A stretch of DNA of 64,000 nt, taken from the NCBI GenBank assembly GCA_029237775.1, contig JAQZBR010000006.1:194159-258158 (forward strand). The letters are read 5' to 3'. This document shows, one piece after another, positions 1-11,600 of the stretch. The first letter of the stretch is position 1; every line of letters begins with the position of its first letter. The position numbers and the translations under genes were made by a program. The notes beneath the pieces are model-generated. The model worked only from the letters and a program-made list of their open reading frames with translations. It made no database searches and had not been told where the DNA came from. The stretch is from Bacteroidota bacterium. Its GTDB lineage: Bacteria; Bacteroidota; Bacteroidia; 2-12-FULL-35-15.

Positions 1-1
1 T

Positions 2-325
2 AACAATAACGGAACAAACAATAACAATAAAAATTCAGGTACTAACAGTAAAGGCTCTACAACCGGAAATGGTGGTAATGGCTCAACTACAAACGGATCA
101 TCCACTAGTGGAGTAGATCAATCATCTACAAGCGGAAATGACGGATCTTCTACAAGCGGTAAGGATAGCTCGAAAAACAAAGGCGCTTCGACAAGCTCAA
201 CAGGATCTACTTCTTCCACTAAGAGCACGGGATCTACAAAAGGTACATCAGGTTCTTCAACCTCTTCAACATCATCCACTTCTTCAACATCATCTACAAG
301 TGGGACATCAACAACAATGAAGTAA
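2..325 (+). CDS. 3' end of an upstream gene, encoding a Ser/Thr/Asn/Gly-rich low-complexity C-terminal tail (5' partial)
   Basis: The frame open from position 2 reads NNNGTNNNNKNSGTNSKGSTTGNGGNGSTT...STSSTSSTSGTSTTMK and ends at TAA 323-325. It is absent from the ORF track because no start codon lies in the window. A hairpin terminator follows. Confidence 0.35.
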   Translation, partial: NNNGTNNNNKNSGTNSKGSTTGNGGNGSTTNGSSTSGVDQSSTSGNDGSSTSGKDSSKNKGASTSSTGSTSSTKSTGSTKGTSGSSTSSTSSTSSTSSTSGTSTTMK

Positions 326-348
326 TTGATAACGTTATAATTTAAAAT

Positions 349-380
349 AAAGCCATCTTCTGATGGCTTTATTTTTGTTT
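349..380 (+). terminator. Rho-independent terminator (stem aaagccatc/gatggcttt followed by a T-run)
   Basis: Inverted repeat 349-357/362-370 followed by atttttgttt, directly after the stop at 325. Confidence 0.5.
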
Positions 381-394
381 TAAAGGTTACACTT

Positions 395-1849
395 ATGAAA
401 TACCTAACATTTGATGTCAGGGCTCTGGCCTTCATGAGGATCTGTATTGCCACTGTGATCATGTTCGATCTTGGTATCAGGCTTACGGATCTTGAAGCAT
501 TTTATTCAGATACCGGAGTGGCTCCTTTGCCCATGCTTTTTGAGCATTCCTGGAACTCATACTATATTTCATTTCATTCAATGAACGGAATGTGGCAGTT
601 CCAGCTTTTACTCTTTATGTTTTCTTTCTTTTGTGCTATCATGCTGTTTATAGGGTATCGCACAAAATTATTCACGATTCTTTCATGGCTGATGATGTTA
701 TCCCTTCATAACAGGAATGGCTTAATATTGCAAGGCGGAGATGATCTTTTAAGAATGGTTTTGTTTTGGGGTATGTTTATTCCCTGGGGTGCACGTTATT
801 CATGTGACGCTTTAATGAATAATTATAATTTTCGCGAGCCGGTTATCATAACTGCGGCTACAATCGCTTATCTTCTCCAAATCTGTTATATATATACAGG
901 ATCTGCTTTGTTAAAAGGGCCGGAGTGGAGCCGGGATTTCACTGCAATGTACTATACTTATAGTCTGGACCAGATTGCTTATCCTGTCACTAAATATTTT
1001 TACTATCATCCGGATCTTTTGAGAAATTGCACGATCATCGCTTATTACTTTGAATTACTCGTTCCTATATTGTTTTTTATTCCTTTTAAACATCAATGGT
1101 TCCGGCTTGCCGGTGCGCTGACAATTATTATTTTCCATTGCATCAATTCTGCTACTTTACTTATAGGCTTGTTCCCGTTTATTGGAATGGCAACCGTTAC
1201 CGGGCTGCTGCCTTCTTTTTTCATGGATTGGTTTGATAGAATCACCTCCGGTATTAAAGAACACATTAAAAATTCGTTCAGAGGTATTGCTTTACTTACG
1301 TCCTACGTTAAAAAATGGAAGAAGCCGGTTTATAGTTACTCTTTATTCAGGGATAGATTTCGAACAGCCATACTTGTATTCCTGATTTTCTTTGTATTTG
1401 ATTGGAACTTCAGTAATCTTAGCTTTATTAAAAGTAAATTATCCGATAAGCTTCGAAGTATCGGGTATGGCTTAAGACTGGATCAAAACTGGGGAATGTT
1501 CGCTCCCGGTGTTTTTAAGGATGATGGCTGGTATATATTGGAAGGCATTACCACCGAAAATAAAGAAGTAGATGTTCTTAGCGGAAAAACACCTGACTAC
1601 AGAAAGCCTTTAGCGATTACTTCCATGTTTAAAAACGATAGGTGGAGAAAATATTCTGAAAATCTTATTTTTTCCGATAACGAATTTATGCGTGGTTATT
1701 ATTGTAATTATACAAAAAGAATCTGGAATGAGTCTCATCCTGACCAGCATCTGAAAACCTTACGAATTATCTATATGGCTGAATTTACATTGCCGGATTA
1801 TAAATACAGTTATCCGAAAAAAACATTGTTGTGGGAGTGTAATGAGTGA
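395..1849 (+). CDS. HTTM-domain (vitamin-K-dependent gamma-carboxylase-like) polytopic membrane protein
   Basis: Multi-TM N-terminal half with motifs HNRNG...QGGDDLLRMVLFWGMFIPWG typical of HTTM/SdpB-like proteins, and a long soluble C-terminal half. Confidence 0.5.
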   Translation: MKYLTFDVRALAFMRICIATVIMFDLGIRLTDLEAFYSDTGVAPLPMLFEHSWNSYYISFHSMNGMWQFQLLLFMFSFFCAIMLFIGYRTKLFTILSWLMMLSLHNRNGLILQGGDDLLRMVLFWGMFIPWGARYSCDALMNNYNFREPVIITAATIAYLLQICYIYTGSALLKGPEWSRDFTAMYYTYSLDQIAYPVTKYFYYHPDLLRNCTIIAYYFELLVPILFFIPFKHQWFRLAGALTIIIFHCINSATLLIGLFPFIGMATVTGLLPSFFMDWFDRITSGIKEHIKNSFRGIALLTSYVKKWKKPVYSYSLFRDRFRTAILVFLIFFVFDWNFSNLSFIKSKLSDKLRSIGYGLRLDQNWGMFAPGVFKDDGWYILEGITTENKEVDVLSGKTPDYRKPLAITSMFKNDRWRKYSENLIFSDNEFMRGYYCNYTKRIWNESHPDQHLKTLRIIYMAEFTLPDYKYSYPKKTLLWECNE

Positions 1850-1969
1850 TGTGGAATTAATTTCCGGATGAAGCTTTAAGACCCTTTTTATTATTTATTT
1901 TCCACGCTCTTTTACTTTGTTGACAGGTGGCATAATAATGTCATAAATAGACTTACAAGTCTCATTTAT

Positions 1970-4900
1970 ATGATCCTACTGTTACAACGTACATATAATA
2001 TTATCATTCGCCTCAGCTTCCTCCTCTTTACGGGCTATGTACTGCTTTGTAATAATGTGGCTTATTCCCAACCTACCTGGGTATGGGGAAAGGATGTCCA
2101 CACTGCAAGTGATGAATATGCAAATGCTGTTGCTATAGACCCAATAAGTGGAAATGCAGTTATCGCAGGCGTCTATAAAAGCAGTCTTTCCTCATTTTAC
2201 GGAAGTAATTTTACGGGTGCTACAATGGGTGCATTTGTAGCTAAATATGATCCTGAGGGAAATGTGATCTGGGGCTTTAAGGTTGGAGATAATCACGATA
2301 ATACATGCACTGGAATTGCCATAGATTCTTCAGGGAATATTTATGTTACCGGCTCTTTTTCACTCACCACCGATTTTAAAGGCACGCTTTCAACTTCCAC
2401 GAATCTGACGGCAACAGGAAGCAGCGATATTTTTCTGGCAAAATATAATTCTGCGGGCCAGCTTATCTGGGTTAGGAAGGCAGGAGGGTCCTCGGATGAT
2501 GCAGGGAATGCGGTGGCTGTCAATTCAAGCAAGGTTTTTATAACCGGGCACTTCAGTAATTCAGCGACTTTCGGCTCTTTTAGTTCTCATGTAAATAATT
2601 CTAATGATAATGTTTTTATTGCAGCGTACGATCTTTCCGGTAGCATCCAATGGATGATCGATGGCGCTTCAACTCAATCATCTTATGGAAGAAGTATTGC
2701 TGCAGACAATTCAGGTGTTTATATATGTGGTGAGTTTAAAGGTAGCCCACTCTCTATTTATAATCCGGCAGGCGCAATTGCCACTTCATTGACAAACCCT
2801 GTTACTTCAAAATCGGACGCTTATATATTAAGCGTTTCAACAAGCGGTTATTTTTATTGGAGTGGAAGCATAAGCAGTACTGAAGACGATAAAGCAAACG
2901 GGGTAAATTTAAATGGAAACAAATTATTTCTTACCGGTTCAATAAGGCAGAATGCTACTTTCCCGTTTTACGCTTCCAATCCTGTGACCTCTGGTGGAAA
3001 TACAGACCTTTATATTGCTTCCTTCTCAAAAAGCACGGGCGCTACCCAGTGGGTAAAAAGCGGCAGCAGCAGCGATCAGGGCGTTGGTAATGCAATCACG
3101 AGTGACGTGTTCGGAAATGTTTATGTGGCAGGTTACTTTAAGGCATCAATTGCTTTCAGCGGAGGGGCGACCATAAATAATGGCGGTGGAAACGTAGAAG
3201 ACATTTTTGTGGTGTCATATTCGTCAACGGGTAGCTATAGATGGTACCAAGAGGCGGGCTCGAACGGAAAAGATATGCCATACGGAATCGACTGTAATTC
3301 GCTGAATGAAGTATATGTTGCAGGTGAATACAAAAAAGATCCAATCTTCGGACCTACTCAATTGTTCGATGATAGTGGTAACAACGCTTTTCTGGCGAAG
3401 ATCGCATGTCCTGCTATTTTAAATAATATTGCAAACTCATCTCAAACCATTTGTCAAGGTTCTTTTGCAGCAACCATAAATGGAACTACACCAACCGGAG
3501 GGACAGCGCCTTTCACTTATTCCTGGGAACAGAGCACAGATGGGTTAAACTGGGTAACTGCGGGCGGCACAAGCAACCTTCAGAACTATTCACCCGGGGC
3601 AATAACATCAACTACATTTTACCGGAGAAGGGTTTATTCTGCAACCTCGTGTTACAATACATCTGTAAGCAACATTATTACTATAAATGTCGATCAGATG
3701 CCTACAACAGCCTCTGCCGGGCAAAATCAGCAAGTGTGCTCCTCTGCAATTCCGTTAACGCTGAATGGAAATACACCCGTAGTTGGAACGGGCATGTGGA
3801 CTGTTGTTTCAGGTTCGGCATCCTTCGCTAACGTTAATTCTCCATCATCTCTGGTTACAGCTATGGGTACAGGGCCGAATGTCCTGAAGTGGACCATTTC
3901 CAATGGTTCCTGTCCTTCTTCATCATCAACTGTGTCCATTACAGTTAATGCACTTCCGGTTGCAAATGCCGGGCCTGATCAAAACATTTGTATCACTTCA
4001 AACTCGGTAGTTTTAAATGCGGGCAGTCCTGTCAATGGAAATATTTCCTGGTCAACAGTTTCAGGTACGGGAAGTTTTTCTTCCACCACAGCCTCCAGCG
4101 TTACAGTAAGTAATCTGGCAATTGGTCCAAATATCTTTAAGCTTAATATTTCAAACGGTGTGTGTCCTGTATCGAGCGACATGGTTACTGTGGTTGTTTC
4201 TGCATTACCTACTGTGGCTTCTACCGGTGCTGATATGGTTATCTGCGCTTCGACTCCTCAGGTTACACTTACCGGTAATCTCCCTTTGATAGGAACAGGA
4301 AGCTGGTCTGTATATAATGGCTCCGGGATTTTTTCGGGTTCATCTTCTCCATCATCCTCTGTGAGTGGATACTCATTGGGCGTGAACACTTATTTGTGGA
4401 CAATTGCAAATGGAGTATGCCCTTCTTCAACGGCAAATATCAACATTGTTGTGGATGCCATGCCAACAGCTGCGGATGCAGGAACAGATAAGAGGGTGTG
4501 CATTTCTTCGCCATCAGTCATAATGAATGCAACCATTCCTTCGGTTGGTACGGGAACATGGTCACTGGTCACTGGGACTGGTATCCCGGATTCTGTTTCC
4601 GATGCTCACACTGCAATAAGCTCTTTAGGTTCCGGAGAAAATGTTTTTCAATGGAGTGTTTCAAATGGTGTTTGTCCTACTTCTTCTTCAACCGTTACTA
4701 TTACTACGGATACTCAGCCCGACACTGCATCGGCAGGAGCTGATATAGAAACGGATGTTCCCTATGTTCAATTACAAGCTAACGTTCCGCAAATTGGTAC
4801 AGGCAGGTGGATCTGGCTTAGTGGAATCGGTACAATGAATGATGCTTCCGACCCATCGACTGTTATTTCGTCTTTCCCGGTGGGGGAAAATGTTCTCAGA

Positions 4901-5227
4901 TGGGAAATAACCAACGGTGTTTGTCCAGCCAGTAGTGATGACGTTCACATTAAAATGAATCCTTTAAGAGTACCGAACGGCTTTTCACCCAATGGGGATG
5001 GATATAATGATACCTATGCAATCGAAGCGCTTGAATATTATCCCGGAGTGAGATTCAAGGCGTTCAACAAGTGGGGAAATATTGTATACAATAGTGATGA
5101 ATATCACAATGAATGGGATGGTACGAATTTAAAAAATGAAAAGTTGCCGGACGATACCTACTATTTTACTTTGGAGGTTTTGCCGGGGATGGAGTATAGC
5201 GGCTTTGTAATAATTAAAAGTAAATAG
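1970..5227 (+). CDS. T9SS type-B cargo: SBBP beta-propeller repeats, then ~6 Ig/PKD-like repeats, then a gliding-motility-associated C-terminal domain (type B CTD)
   Basis: Signal peptide. N-terminal repeats of the form GNxxAxDxxGNxYVTGxFxxTxDFG...KYDxxGNxxW (SBBP). ~80-aa repeats with a conserved Cys pair (VCSSAIPLTLNGNTP...WTISNGSCPSS). C-terminus PNGFSPNGDGYNDTYAIE...WGNIVYNS...WDG carries the hallmark 'FSPNGDGxND' of the type B sorting domain. Confidence 0.8.
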   Translation: MILLLQRTYNIIIRLSFLLFTGYVLLCNNVAYSQPTWVWGKDVHTASDEYANAVAIDPISGNAVIAGVYKSSLSSFYGSNFTGATMGAFVAKYDPEGNVIWGFKVGDNHDNTCTGIAIDSSGNIYVTGSFSLTTDFKGTLSTSTNLTATGSSDIFLAKYNSAGQLIWVRKAGGSSDDAGNAVAVNSSKVFITGHFSNSATFGSFSSHVNNSNDNVFIAAYDLSGSIQWMIDGASTQSSYGRSIAADNSGVYICGEFKGSPLSIYNPAGAIATSLTNPVTSKSDAYILSVSTSGYFYWSGSISSTEDDKANGVNLNGNKLFLTGSIRQNATFPFYASNPVTSGGNTDLYIASFSKSTGATQWVKSGSSSDQGVGNAITSDVFGNVYVAGYFKASIAFSGGATINNGGGNVEDIFVVSYSSTGSYRWYQEAGSNGKDMPYGIDCNSLNEVYVAGEYKKDPIFGPTQLFDDSGNNAFLAKIACPAILNNIANSSQTICQGSFAATINGTTPTGGTAPFTYSWEQSTDGLNWVTAGGTSNLQNYSPGAITSTTFYRRRVYSATSCYNTSVSNIITINVDQMPTTASAGQNQQVCSSAIPLTLNGNTPVVGTGMWTVVSGSASFANVNSPSSLVTAMGTGPNVLKWTISNGSCPSSSSTVSITVNALPVANAGPDQNICITSNSVVLNAGSPVNGNISWSTVSGTGSFSSTTASSVTVSNLAIGPNIFKLNISNGVCPVSSDMVTVVVSALPTVASTGADMVICASTPQVTLTGNLPLIGTGSWSVYNGSGIFSGSSSPSSSVSGYSLGVNTYLWTIANGVCPSSTANINIVVDAMPTAADAGTDKRVCISSPSVIMNATIPSVGTGTWSLVTGTGIPDSVSDAHTAISSLGSGENVFQWSVSNGVCPTSSSTVTITTDTQPDTASAGADIETDVPYVQLQANVPQIGTGRWIWLSGIGTMNDASDPSTVISSFPVGENVLRWEITNGVCPASSDDVHIKMNPLRVPNGFSPNGDGYNDTYAIEALEYYPGVRFKAFNKWGNIVYNSDEYHNEWDGTNLKNEKLPDDTYYFTLEVLPGMEYSGFVIIKSK

Positions 5228-5229
5228 AT

Positions 5230-6114
5230 TTGAAAAAACTACTATTCATATTTCTGCTAATGAGTCACTGGTGTTATGCACAACATAATGTGTTGTATAG
5301 CCAGTATTATTTTTCGGGAATCTTGATTAATCCTGCTTATGCAGGAAGTCAGAATGCTTTAAATTTCACTAGCATCTACCGGGATCAGTGGACGGGTATA
5401 GATGGGGCACCTAGAAATCTAAGCATAGGCCTACATACACCCCTTAAGAATGAAAAAGTGAATGCAGGCCTCGTTTTTCTGAATAACCGTTATGGTATTA
5501 CATGCGAAACAAGAGCGATGGGAGTGTATGCATACAAACTAAAGTTAGGTAAAGGAAGTTTAGCTTTTGGCTTACAGGGTGGTGTGGAATACTTTAAGAA
5601 TGATATCAGCAAAATTATATCAACAGATAATGGTGATCCTGTTTTTGAACAGGCCGTTGAAAAAAGCATAAGTGGAGTTGTCGGTGCAGGATTATTTTAT
5701 AAGTCAGAAAAAGTGATAGCCGGGATCTCTGCTCCGATTTTATACAGCACAAGAAAAAACTATGTGGTTGCTTATAGTCCGCTTATTCTTTCTGCAGGAT
5801 TTCTTGTTAACCTTAATGACGACCTTGTTCTTAAGCCGGCTGGTCTCGTCAGACATATTAAAAACTCCCCTGTTGGTTGGGATTTAACAAGTGCGATCTA
5901 TTATCGTGAGGCTATAGGGGTCGGATTAGGGTACAGGAGCAACGATGCGGCATACGGATATCTTGATATCCGTCTTAATGATCAATTCAGCATAGGCTAT
6001 TGTTATGATTACACCTTAAGCCATCTGAACACTTATTCAAATGGAAGCCATGAATTTATGCTTAGATATATTTTCAGCTATAAATTAAATACCAAGAGTC
6101 CGAGATATTTTTAG
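5230..6114 (+). CDS. PorP/SprF-family T9SS outer-membrane protein (predicted partner of the upstream type-B CTD cargo)
   Basis: Signal peptide followed by QYYFSGILINPAYAGSQNALNFTSIYRDQW, the family-defining N-terminal motif. Beta-barrel-like with a C-terminal aromatic (..HEFMLRYIFSYK). Likely TTG start 2 bp after the upstream stop. Confidence 0.75.
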   Translation: MKKLLFIFLLMSHWCYAQHNVLYSQYYFSGILINPAYAGSQNALNFTSIYRDQWTGIDGAPRNLSIGLHTPLKNEKVNAGLVFLNNRYGITCETRAMGVYAYKLKLGKGSLAFGLQGGVEYFKNDISKIISTDNGDPVFEQAVEKSISGVVGAGLFYKSEKVIAGISAPILYSTRKNYVVAYSPLILSAGFLVNLNDDLVLKPAGLVRHIKNSPVGWDLTSAIYYREAIGVGLGYRSNDAAYGYLDIRLNDQFSIGYCYDYTLSHLNTYSNGSHEFMLRYIFSYKLNTKSPRYF

Positions 6115-6116
6115 AA

Positions 6117-7679
6117 ATGAAGAAACTGATTCTATATATATTATTATTCGCACCTGTGCTTGATGTTTGTTCGCAGGCTGATGAAATTTTATATAAAGAA
6201 TTTAAAAACGTCTTTGATGTTACTCCGCTGAACATAAACAGTCAGGTAAGTGAGATGTCACCTTTTATGGCCGGAAAGAACCTTTATTTTGCCCGGAACA
6301 GGAAACCTCAACCTGCTTTAAACTATAATAACCCGGAATCTTCAGAACCGATGTATGATATATATACTGCTTCACGCATCGATTCAATCAATTTTTCAAC
6401 ACCTGCAGTCTCTCATAAATTCAGTTCGCTTTTTAATGATGGTCCTTTAAGCTTTACTGAAGATGAAACGGAAGCATTGATCACCTGCAATGAGAAAAGT
6501 TATGATTTTATTCTTCGTTCTCATGAAAAAGCCAAACAATTAAAAATTTACTATTCCTCTAATCTAAATGGAAAATGGTCTGTTCCTCAAATTCATCCCG
6601 TTTGTTCTGAAGAAGGGTCGTTCTGCCATGCGGTTTACTGTAATAACAAAAATGCAATGGTATTTGCTTCAGATATGCCGGGCGGATATGGCGGGATGGA
6701 TTTATACATCACGGAACTTAAAAATGGTGAATGGCAAAAACCCCGCAATCTCGGTAAGAAAATTAATTCAACCGCTAACGAAATTTTTCCGTTTATAAAT
6801 AAAACTGGCAATCTGTATTTTTCATCTGACAGGAAAAATGGTATGGGGGGACTTGATATTTATTCCATTATTCTTAAGGATACTTCAAGCACCAGTGCCT
6901 TATTGCTTGAAAGTCCTGTGAACAGTAAAGCAGACGATTTCGGGATCTGGACGAATGATGATGGCAGCTCAGGCTATTTATCATCTGACCGGCTAGCAAG
7001 TAAGGATGATAACATCTTTTACTTTTATAAGATAATTCCTGCTTTTAAAAATAAAGTGATTTCTAAAAGTAAATTCTGCTATACTTTTTTCGAAGAATCA
7101 TCACTATCTCAGGCCGATACTGCAGGCTTAACATATGAATGGGATTTTGGAAATGGAATTAAGAAAAGAGGTCTGGAGGTGAAACAATGTTTTGACAAAC
7201 CCGGAACATATCCGGTTAGCCTTAATGTAATTGATAAGTCTTCAGGACAACTGTTTTATAATGATCTGAACTATGATTTTGTTGTAGAGCAACCCCGGCA
7301 GATTTACATTGCCAGTGTAGACACTGTGGAAATCGGGAATCCGATAGAGTTGGATGGCTCGTCTTCAGTAATTGACGGTTACACGATTAAAAAATATTAC
7401 TGGACGTTCAATGATGGATGGTTTAGCCTTGGCAGCAAAGCGAGGCATGAATATTTTACTACAGGCTATCATACTGTGATACTTGGGGTGGTGGCGGAAT
7501 CAGACAGCACCTGCAAAGAAGATACATTTTATACAGTAAGAAAGATTTATGTTAAAGGCCTTGTAAAAGAAACGGGCTACAACAACGGAAAAAATAACTG
7601 GATTGAACCAAGCTTCGAATCTGATGCACAGCATGAGATTATTTTAGACAGTCAGAATAGTTCAGATACCGGAAAATAA
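6117..7679 (+). CDS. Secreted protein with PD40 (WD40-like/TolB-type) beta-propeller repeats and PKD domains
   Basis: Repeats of the form MPGGYGGMDLYITE.../FSSDRKNGMGGLDIY (PD40 signature), PKD-like YEWDFGNG and a second PKD-like block. No OmpA domain. Confidence 0.6.
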   Translation: MKKLILYILLFAPVLDVCSQADEILYKEFKNVFDVTPLNINSQVSEMSPFMAGKNLYFARNRKPQPALNYNNPESSEPMYDIYTASRIDSINFSTPAVSHKFSSLFNDGPLSFTEDETEALITCNEKSYDFILRSHEKAKQLKIYYSSNLNGKWSVPQIHPVCSEEGSFCHAVYCNNKNAMVFASDMPGGYGGMDLYITELKNGEWQKPRNLGKKINSTANEIFPFINKTGNLYFSSDRKNGMGGLDIYSIILKDTSSTSALLLESPVNSKADDFGIWTNDDGSSGYLSSDRLASKDDNIFYFYKIIPAFKNKVISKSKFCYTFFEESSLSQADTAGLTYEWDFGNGIKKRGLEVKQCFDKPGTYPVSLNVIDKSSGQLFYNDLNYDFVVEQPRQIYIASVDTVEIGNPIELDGSSSVIDGYTIKKYYWTFNDGWFSLGSKARHEYFTTGYHTVILGVVAESDSTCKEDTFYTVRKIYVKGLVKETGYNNGKNNWIEPSFESDAQHEIILDSQNSSDTGK

Positions 7680-7694
7680 TTATTAACGAATTAT

Positions 7695-8669
7695 ATGAAG
7701 CAAATGTACAGGAGATTTATCGTATCGATCATGCTCATACTGAATGTATATTTCGGTTGTGCACAGCAGGCGCCTTCAATGGAAGAAAATATTCCGTTCT
7801 TATGCACTTTTAGTAAAAATGCAGACAAAAGCTGGGGAGATGACGATAATGTTCAGATCATTTTTTTCGTAATGCCGGTAACAGAAAAAAATCCTGTTTA
7901 TATTAAAATCTTTGATCCTAATAACGGTGGAAAATACGATGAAGCTCACGGCCCGTTTAACAGTAAAACACGTTTTTCTGTTTTTGGAGGTGCAGGAGCG
8001 CACTCATCCGATGATGCTAAAAAACATGATCCGGTTGGGAACTATAAAAGCGGTGTGCAACTGGCCAGCAAAATTTTTGGTGAAGAAGCTGAATACGAAG
8101 ATAAATGGATCACTCTCGGTCCTTTCAATCCTGTGGAAGGTGAGCTGCAACCGGATGCAGGCGGATATGTTTTTAAAGTTGTAGTTGAAGGGACCGATGG
8201 AGATGATGGAAATCTATACAGACTTTTTATGTCTTCAAGTAAAACCGAAAATAAGCCGATTGAAGGTGGCAATATGTTTACTTACGAATATTCTTTCCGT
8301 TTATCAGATCAGAAAAACTCAGTGTCTCATTTATATCCTTTTATAACCTCCAATCTGGTTGCGGTAAAAGTAAATGTTTTTGATTTTGATAATGATGGGT
8401 TGATCAGATTAGTCTCTGTTGCTAAAAGAGGTGATATTGCCAAAACTTCCGGTGATGCTGAATGGACAGTAAACACGCATGAAGTGGTTCAACAGGAGTT
8501 CAACACGTCCTTTGATATTCAATTTATAAAGCAAAAGGATGCAAAGAATAACAATATTGTTGTTTTTATCACCAATCAGTACAATCAGCTAATGCCTTTT
8601 TATACCAGTCCGATCGGAGGGATTCCCAAGTATAAATATAAAATAGGTGTTAAGGTGGTGAATAATTAA
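7695..8669 (+). CDS. Hypothetical secreted protein or lipoprotein
   Basis: Signal peptide (..LNVYFGCAQQ) and no recognisable domain. Tightly packed in the same-strand gene string. Confidence 0.45.
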   Translation: MKQMYRRFIVSIMLILNVYFGCAQQAPSMEENIPFLCTFSKNADKSWGDDDNVQIIFFVMPVTEKNPVYIKIFDPNNGGKYDEAHGPFNSKTRFSVFGGAGAHSSDDAKKHDPVGNYKSGVQLASKIFGEEAEYEDKWITLGPFNPVEGELQPDAGGYVFKVVVEGTDGDDGNLYRLFMSSSKTENKPIEGGNMFTYEYSFRLSDQKNSVSHLYPFITSNLVAVKVNVFDFDNDGLIRLVSVAKRGDIAKTSGDAEWTVNTHEVVQQEFNTSFDIQFIKQKDAKNNNIVVFITNQYNQLMPFYTSPIGGIPKYKYKIGVKVVNN

Positions 8670-8680
8670 CTCTGAGGATT

Positions 8681-11600
8681 ATGCGTTTAAAAAATACTAT
8701 TATCATTGTTTTCTTTAATCTTCTTGCTTCAGCGGCCTGGTCTCAGATATATAACTTCAGAGTGTTCGGTGTGGATGAAGGACTTCCGCAATCCTATGTT
8801 TACTCAATTTCTCAGACTAAGACAGGTTTTATAAATGTTGCTACAGGTGAAGGGTTTTGTTCTTTTGAAGGCAGCAAGTTTAAAGTATTTAATACGAAAG
8901 ATCATCTTGCTGAGAATTTTGTCACTACACATTTCACAGATTCAAAAAATATTACCTGGCTTGGCCATTACCAGAAGGGGATAAGTTTCCTCCGGAACGA
9001 AAAATTTTCTTCTGTCAGGCAAACTCTGGATATAGCGTCCAAAGTGACGTGTATAGCAGAAGATCAAAAACATCATATCTGGTTCAGCACGCAAAGCAAA
9101 GGCTTATACAGACTAGATTCGCTTTTACATGTGGATGCTATTGATTCAAAGAATGAAGAAGGTTCTAATGCTATATGCTTTGATCATTCGGGGGCGTTGC
9201 TTGAAGGCTCTGACAGGGGCTTGTTTATATATACTCTGAGCAAGACCGGCAAGGTCCTTACTTTGAAGCAGGAGATAAAAGAATTGTCAGGCAAAAATGT
9301 TAAATGTATTGTGCCTGTTAATACCAGAAAAGGAGCCTTCTGGCTGGCTGTTGATGACTACGGAATTGTAGGAATTGAGAAAAATAATGGTAAGTATGAA
9401 GTTTTCGTAACCATAAAAAATGAGCTAAATCTGAAAGATTGCACATTTTCCTCGTTGTTTGTCGACCAGAAAGAGAACCTTTGGATAGGCGATTTCGGAG
9501 AGGGTATCCGTAAAATTTCTTTTTACGACAAAGCCAATAAAACAGCTTATTATGTTAACAAGATAGATGACCGGAATGGCCTTCCTAATGAATATATTCA
9601 ATCAATTTATGAAGATTATGAGGGCAATATGTGGTTTGGAAGTTTCGGTTCGGGCCTAGTTGAGCTGCCATTAGAAAAATTTGCTTTTTTTGAAGGTAAG
9701 AATGGTCTGAATTATAAAAATGCAACATGTATTTTTATTGACAGGGATGGCGGATTCTGGGTAGGTAATGATAAAGGTTTGTTTCAGTATAACATTGAAG
9801 CACCTGAATTAAGCCGACAGTTTGATGCAAAGGATGGTTTTGTAAGTTCTGAAGTAACAGCTATTGCGCAGGACAGATCAGGTTTGCTTTGGATAGGTAC
9901 AAAGGAAAATGGAGTTTATACTTTTGATAAAACGAAAAATTCTTTTCAGAATTTTTCCAAGCGTAAATCTTTGAATACTCCTAACATCAACTCTTTGATC
10001 GCAACTCTCGATAATAAAATAGTAATTGCTACTTCTGAAGGTGTTTATTTTTACGAGCAGGAAAGTGAGAGTCTAAAGCATTTGACCACACTTGACGGGC
10101 TTCTGCATAACAATGTGACCAAGGTTTTTGAAGATAATAAAAAGAGGTTGTGGTTTTGTTCCAATGGCGCGGGACCCTATTTTTTAAAGGATAATGAATT
10201 CAATGTTTTTAATAATATTCCTGAGCTTCGCTCATTCAGCATAACGTCTATCACCCAATCGGCCGATGGTAATGTGTGGATTGGCACGGAAGGAGATGGA
10301 GTATTCAGTTATAATGAAAGAGGTGGCTTTGTGAATTTTAAAGTAACAGAAGGATTACTATCCAACTATTGCTATTTTATCATTTCTGACAAGAATGGAA
10401 ATCTTTGGGCAGGCCATAAAAATGGGCTCAGTTATAAACCCGCACAATTGAAAACTTTCCGTTCATATGGGAAATCTGATGGTTTACTATTTACGGACTT
10501 TAATAAAAATTCCTGTTTCAGGGATGTCTCAGGGAACCTGTGGTTAGGTACAAGTAATGGTTTGGTAAAGTATAATGCTGAAGGCGAGAACAGGATCCAG
10601 GCCGAACCCAAAACAAATATTGCCGGTTTGATGTTAAATAATACCTTCTATCATCCGGAAGAAAGCATTGAGGTGCCGTATGATGATTATTCAGTGAAGG
10701 TTGATTATATAGCGATCTCTTTTACCGATCCCGCAAAAGTCAATTTCAAATATCGGTTGATCGGCCAGGATACGATCTGGAGATATACCAATTCCAAATT
10801 CATTGAGTTCCCGAAGCTCAACGATGGGGAATACACATTTCAGCTACTTGCAGCAAACAGTGATAACGTATGGAATTCAAAGCCTGCGCAGATAAGCTTT
10901 GTGGTTAAACCACCATACTGGAAACGTGTATGGTTCTATTCCATGGTTTTTCTTTTTATAGGTTCATTATCGTATTCAGTTACAAGGTATCGTACGCGGT
11001 CACTGGTGGAAGCTAAATTACTTCTGGAACAAAAGGTTAACGAAAAGACTGCTTTACTTCAGGAGGAGAAAGCAACTGTTGAAAAAATAAAATTCGAACT
11101 GGAGGTAAAGAATAAGAATGTTACAGACAGTATCAATTACGCTCAGAGAATCCAGGAATCGATCCTTCCTTCCAAATATTCCATATCCCAGGCCTTTAAT
11201 CAGTCCTTCATTTACTATAAGCCACGTGATATTGTGAGCGGGGATTTTTATTGGTTTGCGGAAACGGAGGATGATTACCTGATCGCTGCTGTAGACTGCA
11301 CGGGACATGGTGTTCCGGGTGCATTTATGTCTCTGGTCGGATCCACATTATTAAATGAGCTGGTGAGCAATAAAAAAATCACAAGGCCTTCCGCGATTCT
11401 AACGAAGCTGAATAGTTCGATCATTCGCGTATTGAGGCAAAAGTCAGATTATAACTCATCTCACGATGGAATGGATATGGCTGTTTGTGCCATCAGCAAG
11501 GATAAGAAGAGATTGCGTTTCAGTGGAGCATTGCGTCCTCTGTTTCATGTCAGGAATAAAAAGCTTACTGAACTGAAAGGGAATCCATTCTTTATCGGAG

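Noticed and set aside
11054-11308. Minus-strand 84-aa ORF inside the Y_Y_Y-SpoIIE gene, and similar nested short ORFs throughout (e.g. 2341..2532, 13558..13812, 20276..20599)
   Set aside because: They are nested antisense or out-of-frame within long, domain-supported CDSs and have no family resemblance.
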